Shown: in pieces, positions 38,420 to 48,856 of the stretch
Position numbering within the stretch: the first letter of the stretch is position 1
Layout of the letters: each line of letters opens with the position of its first letter
Assembly (NCBI GenBank): GCA_040752855.1
Contig: JBFMHP010000039.1
Span: 5,202-69,201 of the forward strand
Direction: 5' to 3'
Length of the DNA stretch: 64,000 bases
Source of the DNA: Pseudomonadota bacterium
Lineage (GTDB): Bacteria; Pseudomonadota; Gammaproteobacteria; RBG-16-57-12
Position numbers and translations under genes: made by a program
Notes under the pieces: model-generated
Seen by the model: only the letters and a program-made list of their open reading frames with translations
What the model was told of the DNA's origin: nothing
The model's database searches: none

Positions 38420-38551
38420 CATCACCCGCCATCAAACATGGCCGGCCGCACCAACCGGCCATGTCTCGTTTCTTATCACGCCCAGAAAACAGCAAGGCCC
38501 GATACGCACACCGGCAACATCGGGCCTGGTCGGGATCAAATCAACCGAACG

Positions 38552-39007
38552 TCAATCGATCTTCACCTCGATCGCCTGCGGCTTGGCCGGCTCCTGTTTC
38601 TCCAGATGCACGGTGAGCACGCCATCCTTGTGTTCGGCGGTCACGCGATTCTCATTCACATTCTCCGGCAGCGTGAAACTGCGCGCGAAACTACCGTAGT
38701 AACGCTCGACGCGATGGAATTTCTCGCCCTTTTCCTCCTTCTCCGATTTACGCTCGCCCTTGATGGTCAACACGCCGGCGTGCACCGTGACCTTCACATC
38801 GTCCTTCTTGATGCCGGGCACTTCCACCTTGATCAGATACTCCTTGTCCGTCTCCGAGATATCCACCGCCGGGCTCCAATCCGAGGTCGAGATCACCTCC
38901 TGCCCGCCTTCGCGGCTTAACATCGGACGGCCGAACGCACGCGCATACTGATCGAGCATGTTTTCCATTTCACGAAACGGATTCCAACGTACAATCGCCA
39001 TGGTCAT
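38552..39007 (-). CDS. Hsp20/alpha-crystallin small heat-shock protein
   Basis: WSPAVDISE, GVLTIKGER, ERYYGSFARSFTLP. Confidence 0.95.
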   Translation of the reverse strand: MTMAIVRWNPFREMENMLDQYARAFGRPMLSREGGQEVISTSDWSPAVDISETDKEYLIKVEVPGIKKDDVKVTVHAGVLTIKGERKSEKEEKGEKFHRVERYYGSFARSFTLPENVNENRVTAEHKDGVLTVHLEKQEPAKPQAIEVKID

Positions 39008-39073
39008 TCCTCCTTATCACTAGTGGTTGCGAGACTCGAATGAATCATTTCAACGCGGGTTGCGCATGAAGTT

Positions 39074-39102
39074 ATATAGGTGCCGCCCCAGGGGATTTCA
39101 AG
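39074..39102 (-). promoter_or_regulatory. sigma-32 (RpoH)-like promoter for hsp20
   Basis: Minus strand CTTGAAA...CACCTATAT resembles the consensus CTTGAAA-N13/14-CCCCATAT. Confidence 0.7.
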
Positions 39103-39170
39103 GACGTGATCGATCCTCCGGGCGCTGTGTTATAGTGATTGACATCGCAACATAACCACACAGAGGCACC

Positions 39171-42092
39171 ATGAGCAAAGGCCAGGCCTATCCCAGCTTC
39201 GAATGGGTTCGCAGCGAACCGATCAAATCCCTCAATCTGGTGGTCGAGGAATACCGTCACCGCGCAACCGGCGCGCCGCATTATCATCTCGCCGCGCAAG
39301 ACAGCAACAATGTGTTCATGGTCGCGTTGCGCACCATCCCGCAGGATTCCACCGGCGTAGCCCACATCCTGGAACACACCACGCTCTGCGGCAGCGAACG
39401 CTATCCGGTGCGCGATCCGTTTTTCATGATGACGCGCCGTTCGCTCAACACCTTCATGAATGCGTTTACTTCCAGCGACTGGACCGCCTATCCCTTCGCC
39501 AGCCAGAACAAGAAGGACTTCGACAACCTGTTGCAGGTCTATCTCGACGCGGTGTTCTTCCCCAAGCTCGATCCCCTGGATTTCGCCCAGGAAGGCCATC
39601 GGCTGGAATTCGCCGAGACGGAGAATACAAATTCGCCGCTGGTCTACAAGGGCGTGGTCTACAACGAGATGAAGGGCGCGATGAGTTCACCGACGCGCGT
39701 GCTGTGGCAGTCCCTCACCGAAAAGATCTTTCCGACCATCACCTATCACCACAACAGCGGCGGCGAACCGGAGAAGATTCCGGATCTCACCTACGAACAA
39801 CTCAAGGCCTTCCACGCCGCGCATTACCACCCGTCCAACGCCATCTTCATGACCTTCGGCGACGCGCCGGCGCATGAACATCAGGAGCGCTTCGAGCGCT
39901 TGGCGCTGCACCGCTTCAAGCGCCAGCGACTCGACATCACGATCCCCGATGAACAGCGCTACGCCGCGCCACAAGCGCACGTGGAATACTATGCGCTGGA
40001 AGGCCAGCCGCGGGATGCCGAGAAGACCTATATCAGCCTGAGCTGGCTGCTCGGCAAGAGCACCGATCTTGAGACCATGCTCACCGCCAATCTGCTCAGT
40101 GATGTGCTGCTCGACAACAGCGCCTCGCCGCTGCGCCATGCCCTGGAGACCACCGACCTTGGCAGCGCGCCCTCGCCGATCTGCGGGCTGGAGGATTCCA
40201 ACCGCGAGATGGTGTTCTCCTGCGGCGTGGAAGGCTCGCGCCCGGAACATGGGCAGGCGGTGGAAGACCTCATCCTCGGCGTGCTGCGCGAGATCGCCGA
40301 CCAAGGCGTGCCGCGCGAGATGCTCGATTCGATGCTGCATCAACTCGAACTCAGTCAACGCGAGATCGGCGGCGATCACTATCCGTATGGCCTGCAATTG
40401 ATGCTAAATGCCTTGAGCCCCGCGATCCACGGCGGCGATCCGGTGGCGCAGCTCGACATCGATCGGGCGCTGGAGCGTTTGCGCCGGCGTTGCGAACAGC
40501 CTGACTTCATCCAGTCCTTGGTAAAGGAGTGGCTGTTGGAGAATCCGCACCGCGTGCGTCTCACGCTGGTGCCGGATGCGCAAATCAACCAGCGCAAGGA
40601 AGCGGAAACCGCCGCGCGTCTGGCGGCGATCAAGGCGCGTTTGAGCGAGGAAGAAAAACGGCAGATCGTGCGTCAGGCGCTCCAACTCAAGGAACGCCAG
40701 AACCGCAAGGACGATCCCGAGATCCTGCCCAAGGTCGGCCTCTCCGACATCCCGCCCGACCTGCTGATCCCGGAAAGCACCGCGCGCAGCGTGCGCAACA
40801 TCCCCGCCACCTGGTATGCGGCGGGCACCAACGGGCTGGTCTATCAACAACTCATTGTGGACCTGCCGGATTTCGACGACGAGCTGCGCCAACTGCTGCC
40901 GCTGTACGCCGACATTATGTCCGAGGTCGGCAGCGGCGGACGCGATTATCTCGCCACGCAGGCGCAACAAGCGGCGGTGACCGGCAGCATGAACGCGAAT
41001 GTCTCCATCCGCGGCGCCACCGACGATCCGCAGAAATTCCGCAGCTACTTCGTGCTGAGCAGCAAGGCCCTGGTGCGCAATCAGGCGGCGATGAGCACAC
41101 TGATGCAGGAGACCTTCGAAAGCGCGCGCTTCGATGAACTGCCGCGGCTGCGCGAGCTGATCGCGCAGATCCGCTTCCACGCCGAGCAGGGTGTCACCGA
41201 CCAGGGCCACAGCCTGGCCATGCTGGCGGCGAGCAGCCGCATGAGCCCGACCACGGCCCTGCATCATCAATGGGAAGGCTTGGAAGGCATCAAGCGCCTC
41301 AAGGCACTCGATGACGCCCTCGAGAACGACGAGGCATTGAGCGAATTCGGCGCGAAACTCGCGCGCATCCGCGATATCTTGATCCAAGCACCGCGCCAGT
41401 TGTTGGTCATCGGCGAGGCCGCGCATCACGAGCGCTATTTCGGCGCATTGGAACAGCACTGGCACCCGGCCCCGACCACAACCCTCACACCATTCCGTGT
41501 GCCGTACCAACCCGGCGCGGTCAAAGAGGCGTGGATCACCAGCACCCAGGTGAACTTCTGCGCCAAGGCCTATCCCACTGTGGCGGCCGATCATCCGGAT
41601 TCCCCGGCGCTGATGGTGCTCGCGCCCTTCCTGCGCAACGGCTTCCTGCATCGCGCCATCCGCGAACAGGGCGGGGCCTACGGCGGCGGCGCGACCTATG
41701 ATGGCAGCTCCGGCAGCTTCCGCTTCTACTCGTACCGCGATCCGCGCCTGACCGAGACGCTCGCGGATTTCGATCAGTCACTCACCTGGTTGCTCACCGA
41801 AGACCATCCCGCCCATACGCTGGAAGAGGCCATCCTCGGGGTGATTGCGCGCATCGACCACCCCGCCTCGCCGGCCGGCGAGGCCAAGAGCGCCTTCCAC
41901 AACAATCTGCACGGACGCACACCGCAACAGCGGCGCGCCTATCGCAGCCGCGTGCTGCACGTCACGCTCGATGACCTGCGCCGCGCATGCAAGCAGTATC
42001 TGACCGCTGATCAGGAAAACATCGCTGTCGTCTGCGGCGACAAGGCCAAGGAACAGATGCAGGGATTGGGGCTAGAGATCAAACAGCTCTGA
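39171..42092 (+). CDS. M16C family metallopeptidase (presequence protease-like)
   Basis: DSTGVAHILEHTTLCGS (HxxEH), TFMNAFT, GVVYNEMKG, IREQGGAYG, SYRDP. Confidence 0.93.
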   Translation: MSKGQAYPSFEWVRSEPIKSLNLVVEEYRHRATGAPHYHLAAQDSNNVFMVALRTIPQDSTGVAHILEHTTLCGSERYPVRDPFFMMTRRSLNTFMNAFTSSDWTAYPFASQNKKDFDNLLQVYLDAVFFPKLDPLDFAQEGHRLEFAETENTNSPLVYKGVVYNEMKGAMSSPTRVLWQSLTEKIFPTITYHHNSGGEPEKIPDLTYEQLKAFHAAHYHPSNAIFMTFGDAPAHEHQERFERLALHRFKRQRLDITIPDEQRYAAPQAHVEYYALEGQPRDAEKTYISLSWLLGKSTDLETMLTANLLSDVLLDNSASPLRHALETTDLGSAPSPICGLEDSNREMVFSCGVEGSRPEHGQAVEDLILGVLREIADQGVPREMLDSMLHQLELSQREIGGDHYPYGLQLMLNALSPAIHGGDPVAQLDIDRALERLRRRCEQPDFIQSLVKEWLLENPHRVRLTLVPDAQINQRKEAETAARLAAIKARLSEEEKRQIVRQALQLKERQNRKDDPEILPKVGLSDIPPDLLIPESTARSVRNIPATWYAAGTNGLVYQQLIVDLPDFDDELRQLLPLYADIMSEVGSGGRDYLATQAQQAAVTGSMNANVSIRGATDDPQKFRSYFVLSSKALVRNQAAMSTLMQETFESARFDELPRLRELIAQIRFHAEQGVTDQGHSLAMLAASSRMSPTTALHHQWEGLEGIKRLKALDDALENDEALSEFGAKLARIRDILIQAPRQLLVIGEAAHHERYFGALEQHWHPAPTTTLTPFRVPYQPGAVKEAWITSTQVNFCAKAYPTVAADHPDSPALMVLAPFLRNGFLHRAIREQGGAYGGGATYDGSSGSFRFYSYRDPRLTETLADFDQSLTWLLTEDHPAHTLEEAILGVIARIDHPASPAGEAKSAFHNNLHGRTPQQRRAYRSRVLHVTLDDLRRACKQYLTADQENIAVVCGDKAKEQMQGLGLEIKQL

Positions 42093-42102
42093 GCTGCATA
42101 TC

Positions 42103-42235
42103 AATGTAGGGTGGGTTAGGCGCGCCGTTTGCGCCGTAACCCACCAAGCGTGCCGTCAGGCACTCCTTGCCAAACACGGTGTTGCTGCGCAACGCCCGGT
42201 GGGTTCCGCGAAAAACGCTACACCCACCCTACATT
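42103..42235. repeat. inverted GTAG-type REP pair
   Basis: AATGTAGGGTGGGTTA...CACCCACCCTACATT between convergent genes. Confidence 0.8.
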
Positions 42236-42265
42236 TGACAACAGGCGGGTTACGTCATTGAAGCT

Positions 42266-43792
42266 TCATTTCGCCGGCGTGGCGGAGACCACCCGCACCT
42301 TGGCGCCCGCTGCGCCCACGCTCACTTGCGGCGCGAACTGCGCGGCCTTGCCCGCAGGCAAGGGGCTGTCAAAACTGATGCGATAGGCACGATCCGTCAC
42401 CACCTCCACCACGATGCCGGTGATGTCGACCGGCGTCTTGTTTTTCAGTTGCACGATGAACTTGCCGCTGTTGTCAAAACCACTGCCGATCGCAACGTAC
42501 TTCTCGGGATGATCGGCGAGATCCAAGCGCACCAGACCCGTAGCGGCTTGCTTGCCCAAGTCGGACTGGGTCTGCGCCACCACGGCATAGTGCTCGATGG
42601 CCTTGGCCTTCTCGCCGCGCCCTTCTGCGATCACGCCCAGCTGATAGTGCGCCAGCGCCGTGGGCAGCCGCTTGATACTGTTCTGGTAGTCGGTCTGCGC
42701 GGCGGCGTTGTCACCGAGCCGCTGATTGGCCAGCCCGCGTTTGAGATAAAACGAAAAATAATCGGGATTGCGTTGCAGCGCTTGCGTGTATTGCGCGTGC
42801 GCCTCTTTAAATTTGTTCTGCTGCAACTCGCTATCGCCTAACAGTTCATAGAACAGACCTTCGCGGCGCTCCAAATCGATGGCCTCCTCGGCCAGGGCGC
42901 TGGCCTTGCGGTAATCCTTCTTTTGCAGCGCCGTTTGGCCCTGCGTGTACTTGTCATAGGCGGGCTTGCTCGCCAGCACGGTCTTGAGCTGCTTGCGGTA
43001 GTTCTCGACGCCCATGGTGAGCCCGGGCCGCTTGAGCTTGGCGGCCGTGACGCGGTTGGCCTCTACGCGCTCGCGCGAGGGCGGATGCGAGGCGAACAGC
43101 CCCTCCAGCCAATTCGCCTCCTTCCCTTCAGAGAGCTTGACGAAGGTCTCCTGGAGCTTGATCGCGGCGTCGGGATCGTAGCCGGCGCGCACCATGTATT
43201 CCATGCCATAGTTGTCCGATTCGAGTTCGGCATCGCGCCCATATTTGGTGCTGATCAGCTGCGAACCCAACGCTGCACCGCCGACGATGAGATTGCTGTA
43301 TTCATTGTTTGCCGCCGCCACGCCGATGGCCGCCACGCCGACCTGCATCAGGATGCCGCGCTCCATGCTCTTGGCCCCGTGGCGCGCCGCGGCGTGGACG
43401 ATCTCGTGCCCGAGCACGGCGGCGAGTTCCGCCTCGGATTCCAGGTGATAGAGTAGGCCGCGATTGACCGCGATCTTGCCGCCGGGCAAGGCCCAGGCGT
43501 TGGGGATGGAGTTGTTCAGCACCACGAATTCGTAGGGCAGGTCCGGGCGGTCGCTGACCTTGGCGAGCTTCTGGCCCACTTCATTGACGTAACGTGACAA
43601 TCCGGGATCGACGTTATAGACGCCGCCTTGCGATTGCTGGCTCGGCGCGTAATTCTCCTCGCCGATCTGCACCTCTTGCACCTGCGAGACCAGGTGCAGC
43701 TCGCGCTTGCCGGTGACGGGGTTCTCCGAGCAGGCCATCAGCAGGCTCACGCCCACCAGCACCGTCAGCGTTGATCGTAATGTCGTCTTCAT
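42266..43792 (-). CDS. M48 metalloprotease lipoprotein with TPR repeats (BepA/YfgC-like)
   Basis: LMAC lipobox, NPVTG, PNAWALPGG, GHEIVH, ASHP, TPR-like helices. Confidence 0.88.
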   Translation of the reverse strand: MKTTLRSTLTVLVGVSLLMACSENPVTGKRELHLVSQVQEVQIGEENYAPSQQSQGGVYNVDPGLSRYVNEVGQKLAKVSDRPDLPYEFVVLNNSIPNAWALPGGKIAVNRGLLYHLESEAELAAVLGHEIVHAAARHGAKSMERGILMQVGVAAIGVAAANNEYSNLIVGGAALGSQLISTKYGRDAELESDNYGMEYMVRAGYDPDAAIKLQETFVKLSEGKEANWLEGLFASHPPSRERVEANRVTAAKLKRPGLTMGVENYRKQLKTVLASKPAYDKYTQGQTALQKKDYRKASALAEEAIDLERREGLFYELLGDSELQQNKFKEAHAQYTQALQRNPDYFSFYLKRGLANQRLGDNAAAQTDYQNSIKRLPTALAHYQLGVIAEGRGEKAKAIEHYAVVAQTQSDLGKQAATGLVRLDLADHPEKYVAIGSGFDNSGKFIVQLKNKTPVDITGIVVEVVTDRAYRISFDSPLPAGKAAQFAPQVSVGAAGAKVRVVSATPAK

Positions 43793-43832
43793 TACACGAT
43801 AACCTCGCACTTGCTTATTGCAGGAGCAGACA

Positions 43833-44010
43833 TGAATGGCACTTACTTAAGCTCAGTTGCATGAAATAGCACCCCCCTCCCTTGACGGGAGGAGGTTAGG
43901 GGGAGGGTGAGAACACTGAAATATCAGCGCAATGCTCACCAGTCTACCCCCACCCTAACCCTCCCCCATCAAGGGGGAGGGAATCTATCGTCTCAAGTAA
44001 ATGCCATTCA
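43833..44010. mobile_element. MITE with 19-bp TIRs and internal palindromes
   Basis: TGAATGGCACTTACTTAAG versus right reverse complement TGAATGGCATTTACTTGAG (17/19). Confidence 0.8.
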
Positions 44011-44032
44011 GGTCAGACATCAATGATTCTGA

Positions 44033-46027
44033 TTATTGCATATCTCCATGCGCGGTTGCGCCCGGTCGACGCTTGAGCTGGCGCACCAGAAACCGCGCCG
44101 GGTTGAGCGCATCGACGAGTTCCCGCTCCAGCGGCAGTGGGGCGCCGGTGATCTGCGCGCACAACAGTTCCGCGCACAACAATGCGCTGGTGATGCCGCG
44201 CGCGCCGAGTCCGGCGCAGACATACAAGCCCGGATGGTGCTGCGCGCGCGGATAACTCTGCGGGTGCCGGCCGTGATGCAGCTCGGCGTAGTCGCTCAAA
44301 AACAATGCGCGCTGCGGCAGCGGCCCGACCATCGGCAGCTGGTCGGGCGTGGCGGCGCGGATGCCGACGCGATGGCCGAGCGGCGCCGTCTCGGCCCAGT
44401 CCCGAGCCAGATCGGGCAATGCCTGCCGCAACAGCGCGAGATTGTGCGCATCATCCGCGGCGCGGGGCTCCAGCCTTGCATCATGGGGTGCAAAACTCGC
44501 CCCCAGCACGTGGCGCGCATCCACGGCGGGGATCACATAGCCCTCATGGCACACGGCGCAGCGCAATTCCCGGCTCTGGTCCGTGGCCGCCATCACCGTG
44601 ATCTGCCCGCGCGCCGGGATGACCGGCAGCCAGGCGCTTTGCTCGAATGCGGCGGCATGCGCGCCCGTGGCGATGATCACGGCCTCCGCCTCCGGCACGG
44701 TGTCGCCCGCAGCATCCCGTACGGTCCATGCGCCGGCACCGTCTTGCACCAAGGCGTTGGCTTCGACCCGGTAGCGGCAGTGTATGCCCTGATGTTGCAA
44801 CAAGGCCGCGACCAGCCGGGAGGGCTGCAACCAGCCGCCGCGCGGGAAGTACATCCCGCCGGCCGGCGCCTCCACGCCGCACAACTCGCGCGCCTCAGCC
44901 GCCTCCATCCAACGCGCCAAGCCCTGCGCATCGCCCAGGGCGGCAAGCACCGACCGATAGCGCCGCGCCGTTTTGTCATTTTGCGCCAGCATCAGTACAC
45001 CTTGGCCGAGCAGGCCGCAGTCGCCGCCGGCCTCCGTCAGCCGCGCGAACACGCGCAAGGCATAGAGAAAGGCCGCGAGATAAAAGCGGCTGTAAAGACT
45101 CGGCTCCGCCGTCAAGGCCGGATAAAACACCCCCGCCGGATTGCCCGAGGCCGCCTGCGCCGGGGTCGCGGACGCCTCCAGCACCACCACCTCCCAGCCC
45201 GCCTCGGCCAGCGCACGCGCGCACGCCGCCCCCGCCAACCCGGCGCCGATGACCGCGGCGCGGCCCGGCTTGCGCGGCTCGGGCAAGGCATACCACGGAA
45301 CCGAATCAACCCTTGACTTCGCCTCGGTCAGTTCGCCGCACAGCATCTCTCGCTTGCGGCCGAAGCCCGAAAACTTGCGCGGCGCAAATCCCGCCGCCTG
45401 CAAGCCGCGGCGCACCCAGCCGGCACTGGTGAATGTAGCGAAGGTGCCGCCCGCCCGGGTTAGCCGTGCCATCCGGGTAAACAGCGCCTCACTCCACATC
45501 TGCGGATTCTTCGCCGGATCGAACCCATCGAGATACCAGGCATCGGCGCGTACTTCGAGCTGCGGCAGCACCTCCTCCACATCACCGAAGCACAAGGTCA
45601 GCGTGATGCGATCCTGCGGGAAAGACACCCGATGCAAGCCACGAAACGGCGGCGGATAGTGCGGGAGCAACTGCGCCCCCAGCGCGTGCAGTTCCGGCCA
45701 TAATCCCAGGGCGCGCTCCAGGTCTCGCGCCGCAAGGGGATGCTTTTCGATCGAGACGTAATGCAGCCGCGCCCCCGGCGCGGACGATGCGCGCCAGGCC
45801 GCCCAAGTCGCCAGAAAATTCAGGCCGGTGCCAAAACCGGTTTCCACGATTGTGAACCCCGCCCTGTTTTCCCAACGCTCGGGCAGTCTATTCTGTTGCA
45901 GAAACACGTAGCGACTCTCCGCCAAGCCGTCCAGGCGCGAGAAATAGATGTCGTTGAATCCGAGGGAAACAGGTCCCTGGTCTTCCCAGGCCAGCTCGGC
46001 AGGTTGAAGGACATAGGATTTCAACAT
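44033..46027 (-). CDS. mnmC: bifunctional tRNA mnm5s2U34 methyltransferase/FAD oxidoreductase (start approximate)
   Basis: ETGFGTGLNFL, WYLDGF.PAKNP.MW, GRKREM, IGAGLAG, ASGNPAG, GLGARG. Confidence 0.95.
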   Translation of the reverse strand: MLKSYVLQPAELAWEDQGPVSLGFNDIYFSRLDGLAESRYVFLQQNRLPERWENRAGFTIVETGFGTGLNFLATWAAWRASSAPGARLHYVSIEKHPLAARDLERALGLWPELHALGAQLLPHYPPPFRGLHRVSFPQDRITLTLCFGDVEEVLPQLEVRADAWYLDGFDPAKNPQMWSEALFTRMARLTRAGGTFATFTSAGWVRRGLQAAGFAPRKFSGFGRKREMLCGELTEAKSRVDSVPWYALPEPRKPGRAAVIGAGLAGAACARALAEAGWEVVVLEASATPAQAASGNPAGVFYPALTAEPSLYSRFYLAAFLYALRVFARLTEAGGDCGLLGQGVLMLAQNDKTARRYRSVLAALGDAQGLARWMEAAEARELCGVEAPAGGMYFPRGGWLQPSRLVAALLQHQGIHCRYRVEANALVQDGAGAWTVRDAAGDTVPEAEAVIIATGAHAAAFEQSAWLPVIPARGQITVMAATDQSRELRCAVCHEGYVIPAVDARHVLGASFAPHDARLEPRAADDAHNLALLRQALPDLARDWAETAPLGHRVGIRAATPDQLPMVGPLPQRALFLSDYAELHHGRHPQSYPRAQHHPGLYVCAGLGARGITSALLCAELLCAQITGAPLPLERELVDALNPARFLVRQLKRRPGATAHGDMQ

Positions 46028-46171
46028 CCCCGCAAGCATAGGGAAGAGACTGACAAGTTTCAAACTCCGCGGAGGGCGAGAAAAATGTTAAAGATTGTTA
46101 ACGGACAGGCCGATAATAAAGCTATCTTCATGAGCAGGGCTGCGCTCGATTCATTGCACGGAGGTGACGAT

Positions 46172-46456
46172 ATGACAACGGAACGTGAAGTTAACCCTCA
46201 ACCCAAGCAGGACCGGACCGGCCTGCGCGCATGGTTCAACGTCGAGCATCTGCTCACGGCGAATCTGGTGGTCGCGGCCCTGTTCCTGATCTACACCGCC
46301 ATTGGTTTCTTCAGCCAAATCTATGAGTTGTTCGACCTGAACGCCTCAGACTTCATGACCGTGATCTCGGCCTTTTACGGCGCGATCTTCTATTTCGGGC
46401 TCTCCTGCCTCGTCTGGCTGAGCATGACGCCAGACGGCAGCGAGCACGACGCTTAA
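46172..46456 (+). CDS. small membrane protein
   Basis: GGAGG RBS; two hydrophobic segments. Confidence 0.65.
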   Translation: MTTEREVNPQPKQDRTGLRAWFNVEHLLTANLVVAALFLIYTAIGFFSQIYELFDLNASDFMTVISAFYGAIFYFGLSCLVWLSMTPDGSEHDA

Positions 46457-46525
46457 TCCCCCAGCCTCACTCACCCCAACCACACCCGACCCTGGAGCGC
46501 TGCGCTCCAGGACGCGGGATCTTTA

Positions 46526-46554
46526 TTGACAACAATGTCAGCTGACATCATTAT
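46526..46554 (+). promoter_or_regulatory. sigma-70-like promoter with a perfect 14-bp palindrome in the spacer
   Basis: TTGACA-N17-CATTAT; ATGTCAGCTGACAT at 46535-46548. Confidence 0.6.
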
Positions 46555-46626
46555 GACCTAAAGATTCGGACGCCCTTTACGACAAATATTGTGAGGTAAT
46601 AACTCATACCGAATCGAGAGGAAGAT

Positions 46627-46896
46627 ATGCTTGGACTGATCCTGCAATATTTTTATCCCTTGGTGCGCGAGGACAATCGCTGGGCGGTATCGCGTGAGCT
46701 CATGGACAACCACGTCGAAAAATATCTCGCCCGCTGCGCCATCCCGACCTTTTTGTTCTGGGGACTGGACCTATATTTTCTCACCACCAATCCGATGCTC
46801 GCCGCCGTTTGCCTATCCATCACCCTGCCCTTCGCCTGGACCTTCGGCCTGCTGCTGCGCGAATACCTCGAATACCGGAAATCACACCGGCACTGA
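46627..46896 (+). CDS. small membrane protein
   Basis: GAGGA RBS; two hydrophobic segments. Confidence 0.6.
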   Translation: MLGLILQYFYPLVREDNRWAVSRELMDNHVEKYLARCAIPTFLFWGLDLYFLTTNPMLAAVCLSITLPFAWTFGLLLREYLEYRKSHRH

Positions 46897-46912
46897 TCCG
46901 CAACGGGGCCGG

Positions 46913-47458
46913 TCAGATCAACAGCGCCGGCCCCGCAGCGCGCACCCTGACCAACGAATCGCCGCAACACCGGCAATAATAATGCGCCCGCCCGCTGCGA
47001 ATCTTATTGTGACGCTGCGCGCTGAGCTGGTGTGACTGACAGCTGCACCGATACTCATAGCGCATCTGCCGGCGCTGCGGGATGCCCGTGAGTTCATAGG
47101 CGCAGGTCACGCTGTCATCGGCGCCGAAGGCCAGCATCACCGCGCGCCACTCCGGCCCGTGCGGGCGGATATTGCGCAGACCATGCAGCACATCGGTCAC
47201 ATAATGCGCCACCTCGTGCGGGACGGTGGTCTGGAGATTGTCATCGAAGTACTTGGCGAAGAGATACGGGTTGTAGCGAATCCAGCGTTCGTGCCTGCGC
47301 ACGCGGTACATGCCCGCGCTGCGGCCGCGCAGATCGAAGCTCACATCGATCGGAGGAAAACAGCGATTGAACAACCGGCCGGCGAGCTGGATGTAATCGT
47401 AGGTTGCGATCCTGACACGCTGTTGCTGCTCGGCATCGATCGGTGCGATCAAATTCAT
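46913..47458 (-). CDS. sprT: SprT family zinc metalloprotease
   Basis: [24 protein letters not shown] and Y.CRCCG. Confidence 0.88.
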   Translation of the reverse strand: MNLIAPIDAEQQQRVRIATYDYIQLAGRLFNRCFPPIDVSFDLRGRSAGMYRVRRHERWIRYNPYLFAKYFDDNLQTTVPHEVAHYVTDVLHGLRNIRPHGPEWRAVMLAFGADDSVTCAYELTGIPQRRQMRYEYRCSCQSHQLSAQRHNKIRSGRAHYYCRCCGDSLVRVRAAGPALLI

Positions 47459-47721
47459 CGGCAACCCCCCGCGCTCAACAAGCGCTCCTTCGCCGCCTTG
47501 CGCATCCGCTTGAGCTGCGCCTCCCGGCGCGCCGCCTGCGCGCGATCGACACACGCCTCCTGATACACCAACCGCACCGGCCGTCGCCCACGGGTGTATT
47601 TCGCACCCAGCCCAGGGTGCTCGTTGTGCTCAAGCAGGCGCCGCTCGAGATCCGTGGTGATCCCCGCGTAGAGGCTCTCATCCGCGCAGCGCAACAAATA
47701 GACAAACCAGGATTCAGACAT
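47455..47721 (-). CDS. GIY-YIG nuclease, YhbQ/UPF0213-like
   Basis: [39 protein letters not shown]. Confidence 0.9.
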   Translation of the reverse strand: MSESWFVYLLRCADESLYAGITTDLERRLLEHNEHPGLGAKYTRGRRPVRLVYQEACVDRAQAARREAQLKRMRKAAKERLLSAGGCR

Positions 47722-47785
47722 GCGCGTAGTATACGGCAGACACACGGGACGTGAAATTCTGTTTGGCAGCGTCCAACGGTCCGCA

Positions 47786-48856
47786 TTACAACAGCGATGT
47801 TGCAGAGACTTGAGCTGCGGTGATCTTCGGCAGTGATTGGTGATGCCGGATAGTCAGGCGGGACAGCGCCTCCTCCAGGCGCGCCCAGTCCGTCGCATCG
47901 CCGGGCAGGCCGAAGCGCAGGCTCGAGCATTCGATAAACAGGCGACTGAGGATGCCCTGGCGCGCCAATTCGTCATGCAGTTCTTGCGCGTCAGGCGTGC
48001 GCACCCATTGGAACAAGGCGCAACCGCCGTCGGGCACGAGGCCATGTTGCGCGAGCATGACCTGCAGGCGTGCCCCATCAGTGCAAAGTCGTTGCCGCGC
48101 GGCGTTTTGCCAGGCGCGGTCCGCAAGCGCGGCGCCGGCGACCCAGCGTGCCGGTGCGCTGACACTCCAGGGACCCAGCAGGCCGTGCAGCCGCTCGAGT
48201 AGCGCCGGTTGCGCACACACAAACCCCACCCGCGCGCCGGCCAGGCCGAAGAATTTGCCCAGCGAGCACAACACGATCAGGCCGGGACGCGTACTGTAGT
48301 GGCACAGGCTGTGTTCGGGCGTGACATCCATGAAGGCCTCGTCGACCACCAGCCAGCCGCCACGGGCGGCGAGCCGTGCGTGCCAGTCGAGCAGCTGCTC
48401 GACGGGGAAGCGCGCGCCGGTGGGATTGTTGGGGTGTATCAGCAGCAGCACGTCGGAATCCTGCACGACTTCGTCCAGGCGTTCCGCTGCGACGGCGGCA
48501 ACCTCATGACCGGCGCGCCGCCAGGCGCAAGCATGTTCGGCATAACCGGGATCGAGCACGGCGACACGCGAATGCGGGCGCAGGCGCGGCAAGGCCTGGA
48601 TCGCCGCCTGTGATCCGGCTACCGGCAACACGTATTCGGCCTCGTAATAGCTTTGTGCGGCCCGCTCCAGGCCGTCATCGTCTTCCGGCAGACGTGCCCA
48701 ACACGCGGCTGGAATCGCGGGCACCGGCCACCCGTTAGGGTTGACACCGGTGGACAGATCGAGCCATCGATCGAGCGCGATGCCGTACCGCGCCGCCGCA
48801 GAACGCAGACGGCCGCCGTGGTGCAGCAGCGTGGCTTGCTCAGGCAGCGATGTCAT
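47786..48856 (-). CDS. cobD: L-threonine-O-3-phosphate decarboxylase (CobD; CobC in aerobic nomenclature)
   Basis: [39 protein letters not shown]. Confidence 0.9.
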   Translation of the reverse strand: MTSLPEQATLLHHGGRLRSAAARYGIALDRWLDLSTGVNPNGWPVPAIPAACWARLPEDDDGLERAAQSYYEAEYVLPVAGSQAAIQALPRLRPHSRVAVLDPGYAEHACAWRRAGHEVAAVAAERLDEVVQDSDVLLLIHPNNPTGARFPVEQLLDWHARLAARGGWLVVDEAFMDVTPEHSLCHYSTRPGLIVLCSLGKFFGLAGARVGFVCAQPALLERLHGLLGPWSVSAPARWVAGAALADRAWQNAARQRLCTDGARLQVMLAQHGLVPDGGCALFQWVRTPDAQELHDELARQGILSRLFIECSSLRFGLPGDATDWARLEEALSRLTIRHHQSLPKITAAQVSATSLL

